Below, piece by piece: positions 26,427 through 33,509 of a stretch of DNA of 34,969 bases (position 1 is its first letter; each line of letters starts with the position of its first letter). Where the stretch lies: positions 1 through 34,969 of the IMG/VR virus record IMGVR_UViG_3300043184_000187; one strand, given 5' to 3'. The translations under genes and the position numbers were made by a program. The stretch is from a virus (lineage: Duplodnaviria; Caudoviricetes). Under the pieces are notes generated by a model. It had not been told where the DNA came from and made no database searches. It saw only the letters and a program-made list of their open reading frames with translations.

Positions 26427-26467
26427 CTGTCCGATCGCTGTCGGAGTGGCGTCGGATTCCTGTCGGG
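26427..26467 (+). repeat. Four phased direct repeats, 11-bp period
   Basis: CTGTCCGA / CTGTCGGA / GCGTCGGA / CTGTCGGG with GTC at 26429, 26440, 26451, 26462. Confidence 0.55.
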
Positions 26468-26488
26468 TCCTGATTCACGGAGGCACGG

Positions 26489-26992
26489 ATGCAGTCATTC
26501 AAGGACAACCAAGGGCGGCAGTGGTCGGTCGAGATCAACGTCACCGCCATCAAGCGCGTGCGCGGCCTCACCGGCGAGGACCTCATGCAGGTCATCGAAG
26601 GCACGCTGATCGAGAAGCTGATCCGCGATCCCGTCCTGCTCTGCGATGTGGTCTACGCCATCTGCAAGCCCGAAGCGGACGCCCGGAACGTCTCGGATGA
26701 GGATTTCGGCAAGTCGATGGCCGGTGACGCGATCGAAGCCGCGACCACGGCGGTGCTGGAGGAGCTCGTGGGTTTCTGCCCGAGCCCGAGGGACCGGGCC
26801 AACCTCGGGCGGGTGCTCCAGGCCACGCGGAAGGTGATGGACCGGGCTCGGGACCTGGTGGAGAAGAAACTCGACAGCGGGGAACTGGATCGGCTGGCGG
26901 ACCGCCTGCTGGCCGAGGGATCACCGGAAGCGACTGCTGGAAGCTCGTCCATCAGTGCGCCGGAATCCTCGGCATCGACCCCGGCCCCCTGA
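26489..26992 (+). CDS. Tail assembly chaperone (gpG-like)
   Basis: GGAGG RBS; position between tail tube and tape measure; overlapping -1 frame ORF follows. Confidence 0.7.
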   Translation: MQSFKDNQGRQWSVEINVTAIKRVRGLTGEDLMQVIEGTLIEKLIRDPVLLCDVVYAICKPEADARNVSDEDFGKSMAGDAIEAATTAVLEELVGFCPSPRDRANLGRVLQATRKVMDRARDLVEKKLDSGELDRLADRLLAEGSPEATAGSSSISAPESSASTPAP

Positions 26993-27225
26993 CACTCCGT
27001 GATCTGGTGGCGATGCTCGACGGCAAGCAGCGCCACGACTGGTCGATCGCCTCCGCCGTCATGGCGCTCGTCGCCAACATCCACCGCGACGCCAAGCGAT
27101 CCCGCCGACTCAACCCCAGCCACTTCGACCCCTTCGCCAAGCGCCAGCGACCCATCAAAGTCGGCGTGTCGGTCCTCAAGGACGTGTTCATCGACGGCAA
27201 GATGCCGCAGGAGGCTCACGGATGA
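26935..27225 (+). CDS. Tail assembly chaperone extension (gpT-like), probably made by -1 frameshift
   Basis: -1 frame open from 26728; reads CWKLVHQCAGILGIDPGPLTLRDLVAM...W...NIHRD with no good own start/RBS. Confidence 0.6.
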   Translation, partial: CWKLVHQCAGILGIDPGPLTLRDLVAMLDGKQRHDWSIASAVMALVANIHRDAKRSRRLNPSHFDPFAKRQRPIKVGVSVLKDVFIDGKMPQEAHG

Positions 27226-27710
27226 AGTTCCTCAGCTCGCTTTCCACCCGCCATTACATCTACATCGTCGGTCTGCTGCTCATGGCGCTCGTGCTCACGT
27301 CGTGCGCGGGCTTTGACCTGGGCGACCTCGTGAAGGTCAAGACGCCCAACACCATCCAGCAGACCACCGGCCTGCCGTCCACGCTCAGCCTGAACGAGGC
27401 CGAGGTCGAGTACCAGAACTGGTTCAACCAGACGCAGACGACCGGCGCGCAGTGGAAGGGCAACATCGAGAAGGCCGGCGAGCTCCGCGGCCTGTTCAGC
27501 CAGCTCACGCTGTCGGCCCTCGACACTGTCGGGCCAACGGTCGCGGGCTTGCCTGTGCTCGGCCCGGCGCTGCCGGCGCTCACCGGGATCGTCGGCTTGT
27601 TCATCGGCTCGGGCCGGCTCCGCAAGGAGAAGGAGGCGTCGTTCAACAAGGGCCTGGAAAAGGGCAGCGGCCTCGCTGGAAGCACGCCCGCGGGCGGGAG
27701 CGGCGCGTGA
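27222..27710 (+). CDS. Lipoprotein with C-terminal hydrophobic segment (u-spanin-like architecture)
   Basis: Signal peptide and lipobox LTS-C; C-terminal LPVLGPALPALTGIVGLFIG followed by RLRKEK. Confidence 0.65.
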   Translation: MKFLSSLSTRHYIYIVGLLLMALVLTSCAGFDLGDLVKVKTPNTIQQTTGLPSTLSLNEAEVEYQNWFNQTQTTGAQWKGNIEKAGELRGLFSQLTLSALDTVGPTVAGLPVLGPALPALTGIVGLFIGSGRLRKEKEASFNKGLEKGSGLAGSTPAGGSGA

Positions 27711-28147
27711 TCACCATGCGGATCAAGGACATGTTCTTCGACCGCGCGGCGGTGGTCCGCGCGGTCGACGGTGCCAAGCGGAAGGTGCTCAGCAAGGCCG
27801 GCGCATTCATCCGCACCGCGGCCCGCACGAGCATCCGCAAGCGCAAGAGCTCCGCGCCCGCGGGCAAGCCTCCCCACTCGCACGAGGGGAGCCTGCGTCG
27901 ACTGATCCTCTTCGGGTACGACAAGGCGGCCGACTCCGTAGTCGTCGGCCCCGTGGGGTTCAAGAAGAGCGTCGCTCCCAACGTGCTGGAGTACGGCGGC
28001 GACACCGTCGTGCTGCGGCGCAGGGGCGGGAAGCTCACATCCCAGAGAGTCAAGATCGCCGCGCGGCCATACATGGCCCCCGCGCTGGAGCAGGAGCGGC
28101 CGAAGCTGCCGCTGCTGTGGCGGAACTCCATTCGGAAGGGAGCCTGA
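27707..28147 (+). CDS. HK97 gp10-like / neck-tail component
   Basis: Basic protein, PGKPP-like SAPAGKPPH..GSLRR, LEYGG, ARPYMAPALE motifs. Confidence 0.7.
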   Translation: MITMRIKDMFFDRAAVVRAVDGAKRKVLSKAGAFIRTAARTSIRKRKSSAPAGKPPHSHEGSLRRLILFGYDKAADSVVVGPVGFKKSVAPNVLEYGGDTVVLRRRGGKLTSQRVKIAARPYMAPALEQERPKLPLLWRNSIRKGA

Positions 28148-28150
28148 TCG

Positions 28151-30145
28151 GTGGCCGACACGCGGGGCATTCGGGCTGGACGGGCCTTCGTCGAACTCGG
28201 CGTGAGCGACAAGCTCACGGCCGGGCTTCGCCGCGCCCAGAAGCAGCTCGAAGCCTTCGGCGCTGGCCTGCGGTCGGTCGGCACCCGGCTCGCGGGAATT
28301 GGCGCGGGGGCGGTCGCGGCGCTGCTCGGCACGGCCAAGGCCTTCTCTGACACGGGCGACATGCTCGACAAGATGAGCCAGCGGACCGGCGTGAGCGTGG
28401 AGGCCCTGTCCGAGTTGGGCTTTGCGGCCGACCTCTCCGGCACCGACCTGGAAACCCTGGAGGCCGGGCTCCGCAACATGCAGCGGACGCTCACAGGAGC
28501 GGCGCAGGGGTCGGCGTCCGCGGGCGACGCCCTCGGGCGGCTTGGCCTGACGGCCGCACAGCTGGCGGGCCTCGCTCCGGACGAGCAGTTCAAGGTCCTC
28601 GCGGAGCGCATCTCGCAGGTGCGCGACCCCGCCCTCCGCGCGGCGCTGGCGATGGAGGTCTTCGGCAAGGCCGGAACGAAGCTCCTGCCGCTCATGGCGG
28701 ACGGCGCGGCGGGCATCGAGGCGATGCAGGAAGAGGCTCGGCGCCTCGGCCTCACCGTCAGCACCGAGACCGCCCGCGACGCCGCCGCGCTCAACGACGC
28801 GCTCGGCACCCTCTGGAAGGTGCTCAAGCAGGGCGTGTTCACCATCGGCGGGGCGCTCGCGCCGACGCTTAAGGACCTCGCGGAGCGGATCACCCGCATC
28901 GTCGTGAGCGTCACCACCTGGATCAAGGCGAACCGCGAGACGGTCGTGTGGGCTCTCAAGATCGCGGCCGCCCTCGCCGTGACGGGCATCGCCATCGTGG
29001 CGCTGGGCTACATCATCTCCGGCATCGGCGCGACCATCGGCATCGTCGCGGGTGTGATCGGCGGCATCGGAACGGCCTTTAGCCTGATCGGGGCCGCCAT
29101 CGCGGCGATCCTGTCGCCGGTCGGGTTGGCGATCGCCGCGATCGTGGCACTCGGCGGCGTGCTCCTCGTCACCACCGGTGCCGGCGGCGAGGCCCTCACC
29201 TGGCTCGGCGAGCAGTTCACGCGCCTGCGGGACTGGGTGACCAAGGTTGTCGGCGGTATCTCCGATGCCCTCGCGGCGGGCGACATCGCACTGGCCGCCG
29301 AGATCCTGTGGCTGTCGCTGAAGGTCGTCTGGCAGCAGGGCGTCGCGGCGCTGAACAAGGTCTGGCTGGAGGCCAAGGAGTTCTTCGTCTCCACCGCCTA
29401 CGGCATGTGGTACGGGGCGCTCGCCGCCGCGGAGATCGTCTTCCACGCCCTTGAGATCGCGTGGATCGAGACCACGTCGTTCCTGTCCAAGACCTGGACC
29501 AACTTCACCACCGGCTTCCAGCAGGTCTGGGAGTCCGCATCGTCCTGGGTCGCCAAGCGGATGCTGGAGATCCAGGGGCTGTTCGACTCCGGGCTCGACG
29601 TGGACGCCGCGAAGAGGGCCGTCGATGATCAACTCGAAACCCGCCTGGCGGAACTGGAGAGCGCGGCCCAGCGGCAGGTGGCCGAGCGCGAGGGACAGCG
29701 CGCCGCCGAGCGCGAGCAGGCCGCCGCCCTGCACGAGGCAACCCTCGCTGGGATCGGTCGTGACTTTGAGGAGGCCCAGGCCGCGCTCAAGACGAACACG
29801 GAGGCGGGGCTCTCGGAGTCGCAAGCGGCGCTGGAGGCCGCCAAGCAGAAGCTCGCCGACGCCATCGAGCAGGCCCGCCAGAAGCGAGAGGCGGCGGATG
29901 CCGAAGGCGGCCCCGGCCGGACGCCGCGCGACCTGATGGCCGAGTTCGAGGACCGTCTCGCAGGGCTCGGCGAGGTCATCGGCAAGGGGATCAGCGTGCG
30001 GGGCACGTTCAACGCCCGCGCTGCGCAGGGACTGGAGTCCGACGGCGGAGCCGCCGAGCGCACCGCCCGGGCCACGGAGCAGACCGCCAAGCACACGAAG
30101 CGTCTGGCCGACGCCGCGCAGAGCGGCGGCCTGACTTTCGCGTAA
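28151..30145 (+). CDS. Tail tape measure protein (664 aa)
   Basis: IRAGRAFVEL N-terminus, Ala/Gly-rich helices, AMEVFGKAG.KLLPLM, hydrophobic middle, periodic Trp. Confidence 0.88.
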   Translation: MADTRGIRAGRAFVELGVSDKLTAGLRRAQKQLEAFGAGLRSVGTRLAGIGAGAVAALLGTAKAFSDTGDMLDKMSQRTGVSVEALSELGFAADLSGTDLETLEAGLRNMQRTLTGAAQGSASAGDALGRLGLTAAQLAGLAPDEQFKVLAERISQVRDPALRAALAMEVFGKAGTKLLPLMADGAAGIEAMQEEARRLGLTVSTETARDAAALNDALGTLWKVLKQGVFTIGGALAPTLKDLAERITRIVVSVTTWIKANRETVVWALKIAAALAVTGIAIVALGYIISGIGATIGIVAGVIGGIGTAFSLIGAAIAAILSPVGLAIAAIVALGGVLLVTTGAGGEALTWLGEQFTRLRDWVTKVVGGISDALAAGDIALAAEILWLSLKVVWQQGVAALNKVWLEAKEFFVSTAYGMWYGALAAAEIVFHALEIAWIETTSFLSKTWTNFTTGFQQVWESASSWVAKRMLEIQGLFDSGLDVDAAKRAVDDQLETRLAELESAAQRQVAEREGQRAAEREQAAALHEATLAGIGRDFEEAQAALKTNTEAGLSESQAALEAAKQKLADAIEQARQKREAADAEGGPGRTPRDLMAEFEDRLAGLGEVIGKGISVRGTFNARAAQGLESDGGAAERTARATEQTAKHTKRLADAAQSGGLTFA

Positions 30146-30151
30146 GGAGAA

Positions 30152-30967
30152 ATGTTCGTGGCGATCACGGTGACGGAGAAGTTCGAGAGCCGCAAGTCCA
30201 CCAAGGGCGACAACCCTTCGGCGGAACTGGTCTACACCGTGCGCGGGACCAACGACGACCTCGCGGCCCGCAACGCCGCCGAGACGACCAGCCCCGCGAC
30301 CTATGACGGCCAGCCCCGGCAATCCACCTCCGTCGAGCCTGTCGGCGATGAACTGTGGGAGGCCGTCATCCGGTACGGGAAGGCCCAAGGAGGCTCGCTC
30401 CCCGAGCCGGGCGAGAGCATCTTCTCTTTCGACACCGGCGGCGGCACGCAGCACATCACCCAGAGCAAGGACACTGTCTCCTCGCACGCGCCCTCGGGCT
30501 CGTCGCCACCGGACTTCGGCGGCGCGATCGGCGTCACCGCAGACGGTGTCGAAGGCGTGGACATCACCGTCCCGGTGTTCCAGTTCTCCGAGACGCACTA
30601 CTTCACCAACGACCAGGTGACGCCCTCGTACAAGGGCACGCTCTTCACGCTCACCGGCAAGGTGAACTCGGGCGCGTTCAAGGGGTTTCAGGCGGGCGAG
30701 GTGCTGTTCCTCGGTGCATCGGGCGCGCGGCGCGGTACCGACCCCGACGACGACTGGGAAATCACGTTCCGGTTCGCGGCCAGTCCCAACGCCACGGGCA
30801 TCTCCGTTGGTGACATCAGCGGCATCAGCAAAAAGGGCTGGGAATACCTCTGGGTGCGGTACGCCGACCAGGAGGACACCGGGTCGCACGCGATCGTGAA
30901 GCGCCCGGTCGCGGCGTATGTCGAGCGCGTGTACGACGAGGGCAGCTTCGCCGGATTGGGAATCTGA
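30152..30967 (+). CDS. Putative distal tail/hub protein
   Basis: AAGGAG RBS; directly after tape measure; beta-rich, KKGWEYLWVRY. Confidence 0.6.
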   Translation: MFVAITVTEKFESRKSTKGDNPSAELVYTVRGTNDDLAARNAAETTSPATYDGQPRQSTSVEPVGDELWEAVIRYGKAQGGSLPEPGESIFSFDTGGGTQHITQSKDTVSSHAPSGSSPPDFGGAIGVTADGVEGVDITVPVFQFSETHYFTNDQVTPSYKGTLFTLTGKVNSGAFKGFQAGEVLFLGASGARRGTDPDDDWEITFRFAASPNATGISVGDISGISKKGWEYLWVRYADQEDTGSHAIVKRPVAAYVERVYDEGSFAGLGI

Positions 30968-30992
30968 CCCCCACCCCCCCACGAGGAGACGC

Positions 30993-32021
30993 ATGGGCGA
31001 CGTGTTCCGCAAAGTCCGGTCCGGCCAACCCCTCCGCATCCCCGCGGCGGCGTACAACGCCTTCGTCGATGCGGCGGTCGATCTGCGCCGACGCGAGCGT
31101 AACGCGAACGCCGGGCCAGCGCTGGAGCCAGCGCAGCGCGGCATCGTGCTGGTCCGCAACGACTCCGACGACGACATCGAGCCGTACCACGCGCTGGCCA
31201 TCACCGGCGTTCTGGTCCAGCCCGACAACGAGGACCAGGAGCGGACGTTCCATAGCCGCACGCCGCTGACGGGGGAGATCGCCACCGAGGAATCGCCGTC
31301 GCTCTCGTTCGTTCTGGCGCTCCAGCCGATCAAGTCGGGCGAACTCGGACGGTGCGTGCTCACGGGTGTGACGCCCGCGCGGGTCTTCATCACCAACGAG
31401 ACTGATACGACGTGCGAGCTGGCTCCCGAGGAGACCATGCTGGCTAGCACGCCCATTGGCGGCATCCCGATCCTGTGGAAGGAAGAGGGCACCGGCGAGA
31501 AGTGGGCCGTCATCGAGATGGGCCAGCCGTCACCCGGCCGCGTCACCGCCATCCTCGGCGCAGCGCAGCCCATCCCCACCGAGAACAACCGCTGGCGCTA
31601 CCCGTGGGTGGAGGCCCGGATCGACGGCGATCCCGGCAGCGATACCTATCTGCGGTATGTGCCCGTGCCGGAGGGACTGTCGTCGCAACTGGCCGGTGGC
31701 GGTGAGGACCCGACGCGGCTGGCGATCAACCGCTTCGAGGCCCACCACATGAACGACTTCGACCCCGGCTCGGGGTTCGGCGGCCTGCTGGGACTCGGTC
31801 CGGTCTGCGAACTGCCGGGTGTGCTCCCCAAGTGCCCGCCCGCGCGGTCGCTCAAGCCCAGGCTCGTTCCCATCCCCAAGGGGGTTTGCGTGCAGCTTAC
31901 CTGCGAGCGGAACAGCAAGGGCAGGCCGGTGTGGGTGTTTGAGGCGATGAGCCTGATCGAGATCGCCGACCCGGCCGACGAAGATCGCAAGTTCAACATC
32001 TACATCGAGGGAGGCGCATGA
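30993..32021 (+). CDS. Putative tail tip/structural protein
   Basis: GAGGAG RBS before ATG 30993; position in tail module; no recognised domain. Confidence 0.55.
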   Translation: MGDVFRKVRSGQPLRIPAAAYNAFVDAAVDLRRRERNANAGPALEPAQRGIVLVRNDSDDDIEPYHALAITGVLVQPDNEDQERTFHSRTPLTGEIATEESPSLSFVLALQPIKSGELGRCVLTGVTPARVFITNETDTTCELAPEETMLASTPIGGIPILWKEEGTGEKWAVIEMGQPSPGRVTAILGAAQPIPTENNRWRYPWVEARIDGDPGSDTYLRYVPVPEGLSSQLAGGGEDPTRLAINRFEAHHMNDFDPGSGFGGLLGLGPVCELPGVLPKCPPARSLKPRLVPIPKGVCVQLTCERNSKGRPVWVFEAMSLIEIADPADEDRKFNIYIEGGA

Positions 32022-32620
32022 CTACGACTCCCGCCCCAATCAAGCCGACCATCGACGCCCGCCGCGAGCACGAGCGAAAGAAGTACGTCGCGCTGGCCGC
32101 GCGGCCCGCTGCGCTCGGAACTGGGTACGGCGCAACCAACCACGGCGCGGCGGCTTTCCCACTGGTGCAGCGGCTGAAGCCCCGCTTCGTGGTGGACTTC
32201 GGGTGCGGGCGGAACGACTTCATCGGCGCGTTGCGACGGGTCGGGATCGACGGGCTCGGCATCGACTTCGCCTTCCCCGAAGCGGACATCCCGCGCGCGA
32301 TGCACAAGACCGGCCTGCTCGATGGCGTGGCTGACGTGGTCACGAGCTTCGATGCTCTGGAGCACCTGCTCCCCGAGGACGTGGACGCGGTGCTCGCGGA
32401 GATGCGGCGTGTCGGCCGCCCCAAGGCGCACTTCGTGTTCTCGATCTGCACGCGCCCGAGCCGGACCACCGTCGCCGGCGAGGGTCTGCATCCGACCGTG
32501 CGACCGCTGGCGTGGTGGCTGGAGCGCATTGGCCGCGTCGGCACGGTGACGGCACCGAGGGCCGAGGGTCGGTACGTCGTCGGTCGGTTCGCCGCCAAGG
32601 AGGGCTGCGGCTGTGCGTGA
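32018..32620 (+). CDS. Class I SAM-dependent methyltransferase (small-molecule/sugar type)
   Basis: VVDFGCGRN motif I, GIDF, DVVTSFDALEHL; no DPPY/PCQ DNA-MTase motif. Confidence 0.85.
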   Translation: MTTTPAPIKPTIDARREHERKKYVALAARPAALGTGYGATNHGAAAFPLVQRLKPRFVVDFGCGRNDFIGALRRVGIDGLGIDFAFPEADIPRAMHKTGLLDGVADVVTSFDALEHLLPEDVDAVLAEMRRVGRPKAHFVFSICTRPSRTTVAGEGLHPTVRPLAWWLERIGRVGTVTAPRAEGRYVVGRFAAKEGCGCA

Positions 32621-33509
32621 GAACCAGTCGGACATCGCGGCGCTTCAGGCGGGGCTCAAGGCGCGGAAGCCCGCGCGGGACGGCCTGCGCCTCTACACCG
32701 CCGACTTCGACTCCGTGTCACTCGAGGGGTTCTATCGCGGGCGCTCGGCGTTTCTGATCCTGTCGGGGCCGTCGCTCACACAGGTGGACCTCCCACAGCT
32801 CAACAAGCGCGGCATCGTCACGATGGGGGTGAACAACTCCTGGTCCGTTCACCGGCCCACGCTCTGGACGTGCGTGGACGACCCGGGTCGCTTCATCGAC
32901 ACCGGCTGGAAAGACCCCGGCATCCTGAAGTTCGTGCCGACATGCTGCTGGGACAAGCGGCTCCGCATCCAGAACCCCGACGGCACCATGCGCAACAGCG
33001 CCTTCCGAGTCCGGCAGATGCCGAGCGTCCTGTTCTTCCGCCGCGCCGACCACTTCGACCATGAGCGGTTCCTGACGGGCGATTCGGTTCCGTGGGGGAA
33101 CGACGCCAAGCACGCGGACTCGCTCGGGATCACGGGCAAGCGGAGCGTCATGCTCGTGGCGCTGCGACTGCTCCACCACCTGGGCTTTGGCACGGTGTAC
33201 CTGCTCGGCTGCGATTTCAAGATGGCGACCGACCGCAAGTACGCGTTCGACGAGCACCGCGCCCCGAACGCCATCCGGCACAACAACGTCCTGTACGACT
33301 CGCTGGCCCGCCGCTTCGAGGCGCTGCGTCCGCACTTCGACAAGCACCGGTTTCGCGTGATCAACTGCTCGCCGGGAAGCGAGCTCCAGGCGTTCGACCG
33401 CATGGACTTCGACGCGGCGGTGAAGGCCGCGTCCGCCGAGTGCGGGAAGCCCGTGAGCACGCAGGGCTGGTACGAACCGAACCCGAAGCCCCAGGAGGCC
33501 GCCCGATGA
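32613..33509 (+). CDS. DUF115/MAF_flag10-like putative glycosyltransferase
   Basis: AFLILSGPSL, TMGVNN, SVMLVALRLLHHLGFGTVYLLGCDF, VINCSPGS motifs typical of Maf/MptE/CST-like Rossmann folds. Confidence 0.7.
   Translation: MRENQSDIAALQAGLKARKPARDGLRLYTADFDSVSLEGFYRGRSAFLILSGPSLTQVDLPQLNKRGIVTMGVNNSWSVHRPTLWTCVDDPGRFIDTGWKDPGILKFVPTCCWDKRLRIQNPDGTMRNSAFRVRQMPSVLFFRRADHFDHERFLTGDSVPWGNDAKHADSLGITGKRSVMLVALRLLHHLGFGTVYLLGCDFKMATDRKYAFDEHRAPNAIRHNNVLYDSLARRFEALRPHFDKHRFRVINCSPGSELQAFDRMDFDAAVKAASAECGKPVSTQGWYEPNPKPQEAAR

Noticed and set aside
27260-31588. 1442-aa minus-strand ORF
   Set aside because: Antisense shadow of well-supported tail genes; stop-poor reverse frames are expected at this GC3; no motifs
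33092-33505. N-terminal extension of the Hint protein in the ORF track
   Set aside because: Overlaps the glycosyltransferase-like gene out of frame; AGGAGG RBS and ATGA coupling support start at 33506
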